From: Squalus acanthias
Lineage: Eukaryota
Direction: 5' to 3'
NCBI GenBank assembly: GCA_030390025.1
Contig: CM059431.1
Span: forward strand, 103,170,001 to 103,234,000
Length of the DNA: 64,000 nt
Part shown: piece after piece, positions 1 to 11,311 of the stretch
Position numbering within the stretch: the first letter of the stretch is position 1
How the letters are laid out: every line of letters starts with the position of its first letter
Notes under the pieces: generated by a model
What the model was told of the DNA's origin: nothing
Database searches by the model: none
The model's input: the letters and a program-made list of their open reading frames with translations, nothing else
Program-made: the position numbers and the translations under genes

Positions 1-526
1 TAATTTCAGCTCCCTCATTATTTTTTGTGCGCAACTGTTTCTCAAACACCGAATTGTTTGCTTCTGACTTTCCCCCGTCTATTTGAGTTTCTTCTTGATA
101 GGACAAGATCATTACAGCTTAATCAAGATATCCTCGCTGAGCTGTCACTGCACTCTGCTGAAGGCTGTTGAAACTCTATGAAGCTGCTGAATGTTGTGAG
201 ATGTTTACCAAGATTGGACTGAATGTCACATCAGACACTACATACGCACTGCCTGTAGTACAGGATATTGGAGCCCTGTGTCAAAACAGCATCACACGTG
301 GATCGCTGCAGTATATTAGTGAACTAAAGAAATCCAGCTTATACCAATCTCACAAAAAATATTAAACAATTTTAGGCTTGTTTGTTGAGCTATAACAATA
401 AACTGAAACTGCTATTGAAAATATGATAATCGGAAATAACTACATGTGCACAGAAAAGGACTCAGCAGATTGGGATTGTTTCACATTAGCAAATCTGTCA
501 TTTTTGTTTTGTTTTATTGTGTATTT

Positions 527-987
527 GTCAGCCGTGGCTCAGTGGGTAGCCCTCTCGCCTCTGAGTCAGAAGGTTGTGGGTTCTAGGTCCCGCTCCAGGG
601 ACTTCAGCACATATTCAAGGCTGGCGCTCCCAGTGCCAATGCTGAGGGAGCGCCGCACTGTCGGAGGTGCCGTCTTTTGGATGAGACCTTAAACCGAGGC
701 CCCCGTCTGCTCTCTCAGGTGGACGTAAAAGATCCCACGGGCATGATTTTGAAGAAGAGCAGGGGAGTTATCCCCGGTGTCCTGGGGCCAATATTTATCC
801 CTCAACCAACATCACTAAAACAGATTATCCGGTCACTGTCACATTTCTGTTTGTGGGATCTTGCTATGCACCAATTGGCTGCCGCATTTCCTACATTACA
901 ACAGTGACTTCGCTTCAAAAGTGGCTGGAAAGCACCTTGGGATGTCCTGAGATCAAGAAAGACACTATATAAATGCAAGTTCTTTCT
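527..987 (+). mobile_element. tRNA-derived Deu-domain SINE (SacSINE1/DeuSINE-like), full length
   Basis: tRNA-like head with A-box TGGCTCAGTGG and B-box-like GGTTCTAGGTCC; central GGAGGTGCCGTCTTT..GATGAGAC..TAAACCGAGGCCCCGTCTGC domain; L2-like tail ..CTATATAAATGCAAGT; about 10 homologous copies in the window. Confidence 0.85.
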
Positions 988-1424
988 GAACTAGCACATT
1001 CCACATTGCTAACTTTTAAAGTAATGTTTATTAAGTTCCTGCTTTATCGAGGGGGGCTAAGGGTGTTGTTCTCAGACTCTCTGGCCTTCTATCCTCAGTC
1101 TTCATTCCTATGAGTCATATTCATTATGCCATCCTATTAGGATTACCTAAATCATGCAGACACCATAGTCAGATTGTTCAAACAAGAAGTGAATTGGACC
1201 ATGTAACTGATCAGAATGGATAATTGCTTGATTCTGGAAAAGTCATTAGTTTAATGTCATTGGATCCATAACACTTGGTAAACTTGTGAACAGCAGGTTG
1301 CACGAGATACTGAGAAGGAATTTTCACATTGCCACATGCTCATAGCGTTCCCACATTGTGTAACAACCAGATGCCTTAATGGGTGACATCTTGAAAGCTG
1401 CCTCCTTTTTGCAGAGTGTGTGTC

Positions 1425-2160
1425 ACATAGAATTACATAGGATATACGGCACAGAAACAGGCCATCGATCCAACCAGTCCATGCATTTATGCTCCACTCG
1501 AACCTGCTCCAATCCTTCCTCATCTAACTCTATCAGCATAGCCCTCTACTCCTTTCTCCCTCATATGCTTATCTGGCCTCCCCTTAAATGCATCTACACT
1601 ATTTGCTTCAACCACTCCCTGTGGTAGCGAGTTCCACATTCTCACCACTCTCTGGGTAAAAAAGTTTCTTCTGAATTCCCTATTTGATTTCTTGGTGACT
1701 ATCTTATATTGATGGCCTTTAGTTTTGCTCTTCCCCACAAGTGGAAATACTCTCTCTGTATCTACTTTATCAAAACCTTTCATAATTTTAAAGACCTCTA
1801 TTAGGTCACCCCTCAGCCTTCTCTATTCAAGAGAAAAGAGACCCAGCCTGTTCATCTTTTCCTGATAGGTATAACCTCGCATTTCTGGTATCATCCTTGT
1901 AAATCTTTTTTGCACCCTCTCCAGTGCCTCTATATCCTTTTTTTAATATGACAACCAGAACTGTACGCAGTACTCCAAGTGTGGTCTAACCAAGGTTCAA
2001 TGCAAGTTTAGCATAACTCTACTTTTCAGTTCAATCCCTCTAGAAATAAACCCTAGTGCTAGTTTTGCTATTGTTATGGCCTTCTTAAAGTACGTCGCTA
2101 CTTTTAGTGAATTGTGTATTCGTATTCCCAGATCCCTTTGCTCATCTACCCCATCTCAAT
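1425..2160 (-). mobile_element. CR1 LINE 3' fragment
   Basis: Encodes ORF2 C-terminus (FRRNFFTQRVVRMWNSLPQGVVEA); 3' tail repeats near 1425. Confidence 0.9.
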
Positions 2161-3271
2161 TCTTATTTTCCACCAATGAGTTGGAGGCGGGGCGGGACTT
2201 ATGGCAAGACTTATAGCAAGCTGTCTATTTACTCAGCAAACAGCAAAGCAAACAAATCCTATTCACTCAGCAAACAAAGTTTACTTAAACAACGCACTAC
2301 AACAAACAGTCTACAGAGTCTATTTGAAAAGAGTCTCTATGAACGAGAGCAAACAGAACTCATGATCGAAACTACAGCAAAGTCTCCCGATAAAAGAGGG
2401 GTGATTTCTCCAGCAAAATGCAGTGAGTGGAGGATAGTTACAGAATATAAATGATGTGCCTAAAATCAATCCCAGTCACTCGCGGCGGTGCGGTCTCCAG
2501 GCGTGATTGACGGGGAAATTACCCAATCATCTCCATTCTGGCCAGCAATAATAGTGCCACCATATGCAGCCCCCTTTTTGTCTGGCTTTATCTGTGTTTT
2601 TTTTGTCTTGTCTGTTTCCCTTACACTTTGTGTATGTCTTTAATTCCACAGGGCTGAATTTCCACATTCTTGCTTTCTTGCGTCTGCAACTTCAGTTGTC
2701 CTACTTTGCCATTGTCACCCGACGTGCCAAAAACAAATTGTCTGTCTGATGTGCAATCATCCCACCAGCAGACGCCTGAGCATTAGCTCAATCACCTCGG
2801 CTTTCCGCTGCAGCCGCAGCAGCTGTTACCGCTGTCACTGCACCGTGTTACATCAATTCACAACTTTACTCTTTATTCTTGCAGTGATTGAGAGGACCAC
2901 AAAATAACTAACCAGATTGCTGTTTTGCATTACTTACACTGAGATAGGTTTTCAAGCCAATTGTTTTATACACAACATGGAAGTTATTTGTCACCCTTAC
3001 AGACACGATGATTCATAGATTGAGTAACGCAGCAGGGGGGCTCCTTTCAGGCTTCGCTAAGTAAAAAAAGAATGTATAATGATGGAGCTCTCGGTGTTCA
3101 ATGAACTCAAATTAAATCTGCTATTTCACCTTAGTCAAATCACTCAAGAAGGCAAAACTCCACCACATTTTTCTGATAGACGTTGAACATTTTTCTTTCT
3201 AAGACAATGAATACCATATGGACTATAACAATAGTGCCGGCTTCAAGTTAATCATTTAAAACCCTTTTTTC

Positions 3272-3405
3272 CACAACAACTTGCATTTACATAGCGCCTT
3301 TAATGTAGTGAAACGTCCCAAGGCGCTTCACAGGAGCGATTCTCAAACAAAATTTGACACCGAGCCACAGAAGGAGATATTAGGACAGGTGACCAGAAGC
3401 TTGGT
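3272..3405 (-). mobile_element. L2-clade LINE 3' end fragment
   Basis: ACAACAACTTGCATTTACATAGCGCC..GACACCGAGCCACA..GGAGATATTAGGACAGG, same as the longer copies at 9553 and 59066. Confidence 0.75.
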
Positions 3406-3659
3406 TGATAAACCTATGGACCCACAGTGGAATCCATTCAACGAGGTAAATAATAAAAGAATCACATATCCTTGAAAATCAAATGATGTACTTCTACATG
3501 AAGCAACCATGGTCTGTAAGAGTGATTAGGACTAAACGAAAGGAAAGGGTGATGTAAGGGTAAAAATTTGCAGCGAGAATGAGGACTGGGAGGATTATAG
3601 AAAGCAACAAAAGGAGAACTAGAAAATAATGAGGGCAGAGAGTGACATGAGAAAAAAGG

Positions 3660-4075
3660 CATATGATTTCTCCTTAGAGCAGAGAAGGTTAAGCAGAGAT
3701 TTAATCGAGGTGTTCAAAATTATGAGGGGTTTTGACAGAGTAAATAAGGAGAAACTGTTTCCACTGGTAGGAGGGTCGGTAACCAGAGGACACAGATTTA
3801 AGGTAATTGGCAAAAGAACCAGAGGGGGAGAGGAGGAGAAAATATTTTACTCAGCGAGTTGTTGTGATCTGGAGTGCGCTGCCTGAAAGTGCAGTGGAAG
3901 CAGATTCAATAATAACTTTCAAAAGGGAATTGGATAAATACTGAAAAGGAAAAATTTGCAGGGCTATGGGGAAAGAGCAGGGGGGAGTGAGACTAATTGG
4001 AGAGCTCTTTCAAAGAGCCGGCACAGGCACGATGGGCCAAATGGCCTCCTTCTGTGCTGTATGATTCTATGATTT
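3660..4075 (+). mobile_element. CR1 LINE 3' fragment
   Basis: FSLEQRRLSRDLIEVFKIMRGFDRV; ends in ATGATTCTATGAT tail. Confidence 0.9.
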
Positions 4076-4564
4076 CTAAGGAAATAGCAAAGCTTTATAA
4101 ATGCATCAAGAGAGTGGGAAAGGATAAGTTGGACCTATTAAACCCAAACTTCAGTAGGGCAATAGGAGAGAATGAGGCTATGGTTGAATTGCACAATTAA
4201 TATTTCACTTTGGTCTTTAAAGCGGGGAAGATGGATTCAATACCAAGATACATGGAAGGCTAAAGATCACCGTCTGAAACTGATTTCAGATAAAATCGCG
4301 AGAGTCAGCAGAGAAAAGCAACTTTTGTATCACTGATCCTGGCTGAATTCAAACTGAGGTCCCCAAAGTGGAAAGGGCAGTGTGTTCATCCATGGTAACA
4401 ACTGTTCTCATTCTAAACACATCTTGTTATGCTCATCAAATCGAATGATAACAAACTGGAATATTTTGTTGCTTTGCATTGATTAACCGCAACAAGATTA
4501 GACACAGCTCAAGACAGATACAAATGTAAAGCTTGCCCTGTACAACTTTGCCAATATATATATA

Positions 4565-4742
4565 TACATTTAAGGGGAAGCTATGTAAGTACATGAGGGA
4601 GAAAGGAATAGAAGGGATATGCTGACAGGGTGAGATGAAGAGGGGTGGGAGGAGGCTGGTGTGGAGCATAAACACCGGCACGGACCAGTTGGGCCGAACG
4701 GCCTGTTTCTGTGCTGTAGTCGCGATGTAATTCTGTGTAATA
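4565..4742 (+). mobile_element. CR1 LINE extreme 3' end
   Basis: CATTTAAGGGGAAGCT..GGCCGAACGGCCTGTTTCTGTGCTGTA, homologous to the other CR1 ends. Confidence 0.8.
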
Positions 4743-5773
4743 TGCCTAAACCTCAATTACGGAAGTGCAATCCTTGGTAAGTTGGTGTGAATTGGACTGT
4801 TCCAAGTGAGACTCATGAAGAGATGCCAATCCTGACAAGTCGTGAGTGTATTTTTGTCCCGGTGAGTATTTTCCCTAGTGGGAAGTGAATTGAAACTGTG
4901 CAAACAGACTTGCAATCTGTCAGTGGGAGATTGTAAAGCCAGGTTACCAGGGGAAATACGTCTCCGTTGTCATAGATATGGGTTGGGAAATTCCTCCGAG
5001 GTGCTCCCATTCAAATGCCGCGACTTCTTCGAAAACCCCTTTTGCAGCGTGAGCGGAATTTCCAACGCACGTCCGGCCAAGTATCGCCAGCGGAGCAGGA
5101 TCGGCTGCGAGGAACCTCCCGACCACGAAAGCCACAACTTTGAAAAGCCACCTTTACAAGGCATTTTTGAAATGCGCGGGCAAAAAATTAGATTCTTCGA
5201 ATCGGCTATATTTTCATGCAACCGGTTTGCAAAATCTAGATGAACGCATGGAAACTGATGACAGCCAGTTGGGGAAACACACCAATATCTGCCGAGCGTG
5301 GTTCACAGATGCTCGCGATGCTCACCACCATGTTTGAAAGGCATTGCAGCCAAATTTAATGCAAACTGAATGCAAATGTGTCCCAGGAGCAGGATAAACA
5401 ATGCTATCTCAATTTAAAACAGGGGAAAATTGTCAGTCTATAAGTGATAGCAAGCAAAGCAATTGAGTAACTGGGCAGACAATAACACAGCTACCAAAAT
5501 GGCAATAAAAAGTGACAAACCTTCGTATTACAAATATCCAATAATCATAATTCAGATGTAGGGTGGTCAAAAAATTGCATTTATATAGCACCTCATCATA
5601 TTCTCAGGATGGCACTTTACAACCAACAGATTATTCTTAAAAGTGTGATGTAGGCAGTCTATTTACATACACCAACTAAATGGATGCTCTTCTTTAATAG
5701 TGCCATGGGACCTTTTGTGTTCATCTGAGCGGGCAGACAGGGCCTCAGTTTAAAATCTCATCAGAAAGACATA

Positions 5774-6666
5774 GGGGGAAAAATTCAGTATCGCCCCGTT
5801 TGGGGCGCAATTATCGGCCGGGCGCAAAGATTAGCGCCTGACGCTAATTATCGCCTCCGACTGCAAACTTGACTTTTATTGCCCCTGGAGGTGATTGGAG
5901 CGCTAAATCAAGCGCTTCACACCTGTCTTAAAGCGCAAAGGCCGAGGAGCGAGGCGCTACCTCAGAGCGCTGGCGAAGCTCATGTAATGTCAGTCAGCAA
6001 TGGAACACACACACAATGGCACGGGCCAGTTCTTAAAGGGGATGGTTAATCTTGCTTTCCATCCACATCCTGTTCATTGCAGCCTTGAATCTCGGCCTGG
6101 AGAGACTTGCACATCAAATGTGCTGGAAAGAACAATGGAGAGTACCAGGCAAAGAGCTCAGAGTGCAGCCCCCACAGTCTCTTCTAAATCGATACAAGGA
6201 AGGGCAAATCAAAATGAACCTGCAAGGTGCTGCTCAGTACCCAAAACTCCTTCACACAGCGTTGAATCTCTCCAGAAGTCTCTCTCTCTCTCTCTCAGAA
6301 TGCAGGGTTCAAAAATGTCACCAACAATAAGAGGCAGGAAGCAGTCGCCTTTAAATAGCGCTCCCCCAGTCCCTTCCTGACTGCAAAATGCTCCCCTCAA
6401 CCTGTCGTTGCTAGCTGCAGGCGGTAAGGCAGGGGGCGCCACTCAATATCTGCTCCGGGGCGATACCGAGGCGTTGCGCACTCGACTGACGTCACGATCT
6501 GCCGGCGCAGGAGATCGTGGCGGTAGTGTTTAGTGCCGCCGCAAAATGTCTAGTTAATTTCACGAGCGGCGCAAACATTGCTGCGCCCGGGCGCTAGATG
6601 CTTTGCGCCCCATTAGCGCCCTCTTAAGGCGCTAACGGGAGGCGCAACCAACTGAATTTTCCCCTC
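5774..6666. mobile_element. Non-autonomous Harbinger element (MITE) related to the 23547/49664 family
   Basis: TIRs GGGGGAAAAATT / AATTTTCCCCTC with ATA TSD (5771-5773, 6667-6669); ends homologous to both ends of 23547-27761; keeps the start of the Myb/SANT gene (MESTRQRAQ); near-identical copy at 48759-49652. Confidence 0.9.
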
Positions 6667-6719
6667 ATAATTTCCAATGTTGTAAACCCATCCACCTTCT
6701 CTCCCAGCAGCAGCACATA

Positions 6720-8215
6720 CCGATAGAGGTATTTAATAATATGAAGAGATTTCGATAGGGTAGACATAGAGAACATGTTTCAACTTACGGGGCAGACCAA
6801 AACTAGGGACCATCAATGTAAGATAGTCACTAATACATCCAATAGGGAATTCAGGAGAAACTTCTTTACCCCGAGAGTGGTGAGAATGTGGAACTCGCTA
6901 CCACAGGGAGTAGTTGAGGCGAATAGCATAGATACATTTAAGGGGCAGCTAGATAAACACACGAGGGTGAAAGTGTGAAGGAATAAGCCATATAACCTAT
7001 TCAGAAAAATACACCATTCGATGAAAGAATTCTGGCCTTATTAAAACATGTCAAACTGGGTTTGGAAATCTAGAAACCCAACTTTAGAGATAAGATAGTT
7101 ATTGACACTGAATCAATAACCTTATTGAAACAAAAGGTTAAAGGCTCCCAACAGGCTGACCTTTGGGAATAAAACAATGGTTCACCCTGGACAAGGTGTT
7201 TTAATTTACACCTCGTAAAGAAGCACAAACATCTGCCTTCGTAAAAATGACATCAAGTAAAACACACCTGCCGTTATACCGTTCTTGATGGTAAACTTAG
7301 AACACCTAGAGAAGAGACATAATTCTGTAATGCTACCAGCTGAGGTGACTGTAAGAATTGCAGGGGTCAGCAGAAAAATGACTAGAGATAATTAGCTTAC
7401 ATCAGCAGGAAACCTTAAATGAAATACCACTGGAAAAGGGTATAAATATTGAACTCTCAAATGGGATAGTAGACTCGCTTTAAAGGGGCAAAGCGATTCT
7501 CGGCTTCAGAGGCGGCTCTGTAAGTCTCCAACTCTTTGTACCTCGGTGATCAAAGGTATTTGATTTTGGTGGATATCCTGTAGAAAACTAAGAACTGTAA
7601 AACTGTAGTGAAGTTAAGATTTGAGAGTAAGGTTCTCTGATAATAGAATTGTAAGCTTTCCCTTTTTGGAACTGTTAATGTTGCGATTGACTCACCAACT
7701 GTAAATTACATGTCAGTTCTTTAATAAATCTATATATTTTTAGAATAGTCTCACATAAGACTTCTGTATCAAACTCGCGAACTCAATCTCTGTACACTCT
7801 TTGGTGAGGAGTTGCAGAATTCTGGGGGAGTTTTCTGGACCCTCATAATATCCGGAACGTTACAGTCTTGCTAAACTTATTAAAAGTGCTATCTGGAGGA
7901 CGGTAACATTTTCAGGTTGTTCCTTTCCTTTAGGGAGAGATAGTCCGGACCTTTAGACCCAATTAAGCTTCTTTAGGATTCGGCTACCTCAAACTTTAGT
8001 TGAAAGTGAACGTCTGAGGAATGCGCCTGATCCGGGTAGCCCTAAAGGGGCTAGGACTAGTAGTTATCCCTTCAAAAGGAATAGAATGATATGTTGATGG
8101 GGTGATATGAAGAGGGGTGGGAGGAGGCTCGTGGGGATCATAATCACCGGCATGGACCTGTTGGGTCAAATGGCCTGTTTCTAAGCTGTGCATTCGATGT
8201 AATTCTATGTAATAT
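6720..8215 (+). mobile_element. CR1 3' fragment interrupted by a solo LTR
   Basis: CR1 sequence ..CACGAGGGTGAAAG resumes as GAATAGAA.. after the 6974-8074 insert. Confidence 0.85.
6974..8074 (+). mobile_element. Solo LTR (ERV/Gypsy-type), about 1.1 kb
   Basis: TGTGAAGG...CCCTTCA termini, 4-bp TSD AAAG (6970-6973, 8075-8078), TATA box near 7441, AATAAA near 7723; homologues at 63602 and 45322-46910. Confidence 0.85.
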
Positions 8216-8516
8216 TGGGAAATCAAAGGAAGGCTCCACCCACTTTCCTTCCATTAAAATGAATCTGCTCTCCGACCATGCTTTCTCCCCAGGAACACAT
8301 ACTGAGGGTTAAAGCATATGTTGCTCATGATTTTCCATTAATCTTAAAAGGGTGGAAAATTTCAGGAGGTGCCCGACTGAAATGCGCAGAGGATGGGCGA
8401 GACACCTTGTTGGGAGCGCAGGTTTGTAAAGTTACCCGTATGTTGTAACACCTCACGTGTTGTTACTCCTGCTGCCACTACATGTTAGGAGATATCAACC
8501 CCAGATATTTCACAGT

Positions 8517-8983
8517 GTCAGCTGTGTCTCAGTGGGCAGCACCCTCGCCTCTGAGTCAGTAAGGGTTGTTGGTTGAAGTCCCACTCCTGAGACTTGTAGA
8601 ACATAAATCTAGGCTGACACTCGCAGTGCTGAGGGAGCGCTGCACTGTCAGAGGTGCCGTCTTTCAGATGAGATGTTAAACTGAGGCCCCGTCTGCTCTC
8701 TCAGGTGGACATTAAAAGATCCCACGGCACTATTTCGAAGAAGAGCAGGGGAATTCTCCCTGGTGTCCTGGGCCAATATTTATCCCTCAACCAACATAAC
8801 AAAAACAGATTATCTGGTCATTATCACATCGGTGTTTGTGGGAGCTTGCTGTGCACAAATTGGCTGCCGTGTTTCCCACATTACAACAGTGACTCCACTT
8901 CAAACAGTACTTCATTGACTGTAAAGTGCTTTGAGACGTCCGGTGGTCGTGAAAGGCGCTACATAAATGTAAGCCTTCTTCTT
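8517..8983 (+). mobile_element. Deu-domain tRNA SINE
   Basis: Full-length homologue of 527-987. Confidence 0.85.
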
Positions 8984-9552
8984 CCGACGTTCTGCTGCCC
9001 GTGTCCTAACTTGCACCAAGTCCCATTCACCCTTCACCCCTGTGCTCACTTGACCTACATTGGCTCACGGTCTGGCAATGACTCGAGTTTAAAATCCCAA
9101 CTCTGGCATATCATTCACTTCCTTCAGAAATGGTGATTCTCCAATGCTTTGGGCATGAGGGCTTGAACAGCAACAACATCTTACACTGACATAGCCCCTT
9201 TAATTGATGTCTATGCAAAAAAAACTTTTGAACGAAAGCTGGGCCAGTGAGGATAAAACAAACACATGGAGCAACTTCCATGTAGCTTCAGATTTAGCGC
9301 AACTGTCATCAGATCCATGAATGAATTTTGGAATAAAGAAACCTTTTATTTTATTTATTAGTTATCAACTCTTATGAAAAGAATCCCTGGAGGCCTAGAT
9401 ATTTAACTAATTCTAGGGGGAAACGAATCATATTCATACTTCATTTGGAGAAAGTCATATGAAGGGACAGAGTAATTGACAGCAAAAGTAAGTGGTGGGC
9501 GAACAAACTTGCATCCAAACCAAACAGATCTAAAGTGGAATATAGGTGCCAT

Positions 9553-9901
9553 TAACAACAATTTGCATTTATATAGCCCCTTTAATGTAGTAAAATGTCC
9601 CATGGCGCTTCACAGGAGCGTTATCAGGCTAAATTTGACATCGAGCCACATAAGGAGATATTAGGACAGGTGACCAAAAGCTTGGTCAAAGAGGTAGGTT
9701 TTAAGGAGCGTCTTAAAGGAGGAGAGAGAGGTAGAGAGGCGGAGAGATTTAGGGAGGGAATTCCAAAGCTCAGGGCCCAGGCAGCTGAAGGCACGGCCAC
9801 CAGTGGTGGAGCGATGGAACTCGGTGATTGCGCAAGAGGCCAGAATTGGAGGAGCGCAGAGATCTTGGAGGTTGTAGGGCTGGAGGAGATTACAGAGATA
9901 G
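9553..9901 (-). mobile_element. L2-clade LINE 3' fragment
   Basis: Encodes GGRAFSCLGPELWNSLP..LSSFKTLLKTYLF (L2 ORF2 C-terminus). Confidence 0.85.
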
Positions 9902-10305
9902 CGATAATTCAACGTTCACTGTACAGTGAAAGATATAGTGCTTTTTTTAATTAACTATACACTTGCTAACTTGTCTCAGATTTATGGCAGTGTAGCTTTA
10001 GATATGCTCTTTGAGTTCTGAGGCTTAATTAGATAATTACATATTCAGTGAGTCTGTCTGTAGTTACAGATTAGAACAGACGTTGTAACACATGATACTG
10101 GTTCTATTATCTTCCATTTATCGTTCTGCCGAAGCTGAACATTTGATTCATCACATTGCTGCAGCTTCAATTTCTGCGATGATGAATATCATTTCGGTAT
10201 TTTACAATTTTTTTTTTTATCATGCTACTTTCACAACTGCAAAAATATTTAGCTCTGAATGTTTTTAGGTTCAAAATCCACATTTTTCCGATTTTGTAAT
10301 TTATT

Positions 10306-11044
10306 GGGTCAGAAATTCGGGTCTCCACGGGTGAGTACGCGCTGTGTACTCACCCGTAGACCCAACGAAAGTGCCGGTTTCCTGCATGCACTGCGCATGC
10401 GCTGGAAACCGGAACTTCCGTTCCCCTGAAGGAAGGGGTTCAGAGGTCGAACGCGTGCGCCGGAGAGGCAGCGTGCACGCAGCGAACTTCGTTTTTTTTT
10501 TCAGGTTTCTCCGTGAGGGTAAGTACGGAGAAGCTGCGCAGGAAAAAAGGAGGCGCAAGGCCTGCTTTTAACAAGGTAAGTGGTGAATTAAGTACAATTT
10601 AAACATTTTTTTAACAGATTTATCTTTTTTACATACTTTAAAGAAAGGTAAGTTTATTTTTAGCACCGTTAAAAAGTGTAATTAATTTTTTCAAATTTTT
10701 TTATTTTTGTTTAAAGTAGTTAATTTATGTAATTTATAGTTATTTTAAAAATGTGATTTAAAAAAAAAATTATTTGAAGTTTTAGTGTGGTTTTGGGGCC
10801 GATCTCTATTCATAGATTTGACAGGTCTTCCTGTCAAAATCTATGAATGGAGATTCCCACGTGATCCCAGGGGACGCTTCGAACTAACTGCACTCCTGGG
10901 ATATGCAAGCACTGCGCGCCGGCAGCTGCAGGAGGCCCAGGAGCCGAAGTCCACGCGGGCCCGAAGCACAATGCCAGGCGCGGTAGGTAAGTACGCGTGC
11001 GATTCTTGTACGTGCAGGAAGCCGGAGAGCCGAATTTCTGGCCC
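10306..11044. mobile_element. Harbinger-type MITE (family also at 60976-61958)
   Basis: TIRs GGGTCAGAAATTCGG / CCGAATTTCTGGCCC; flanks ATT/AAT; GC-rich arms around an AT-rich core; shares AAGGCCTGCTTTTA and CCACGTGATCCCAGGG with 60976-61958. Confidence 0.75.
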
Positions 11045-11180
11045 AATATAATATTTTAGTTGCGATTTTTTTGTTTTGGCATTTGTTTGTTTGCTATCAG
11101 ATCTCCCACATTACTGCTCCTGGTGAACCGGAGGTTTTATAAGAACAGGGCCATTATGCGCAGCTGTATTATCAAGGACG

Positions 11181-11273
11181 CTGTTCCATTGGGACGGACT
11201 TCACTTGGCCAGTGCTGGGACTAATGTCCTGGCGAATCGAATAACTAGGGCTGTGGAGAGGGCTTTAAACTAA
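11181..11273 (+). pseudogene. C-terminus of CR1 ORF1 SGNH-esterase domain
   Basis: LFHWDGLHLASAGTNVLANRITRAVERALN*; DGLH is the DxxH motif. Confidence 0.75.
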
Positions 11274-11311
11274 TTAGTGGGGGGGAGGTTTCAAGAGAGC
11301 AAAAAATAAAA

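Noticed and set aside
527..600. tRNA genes at SINE heads (also near 62300-62366)
   Set aside because: A/B boxes run into SINE bodies; no complete cloverleaf or terminator
2107..2454. 115-aa ORF as a gene
   Set aside because: Starts in CR1 sequence, low complexity, no domain or clear splice support
6000..6380. 126-aa ORF conserved in both MITE copies
   Set aside because: Copies are closely related, so a shared frame is expected; it is a fusion of accessory-gene start and antisense leader
6720..8215. Segmental duplication with 63235-64000
   Set aside because: LTR junctions differ by about 52 bp and outer flanks are unrelated
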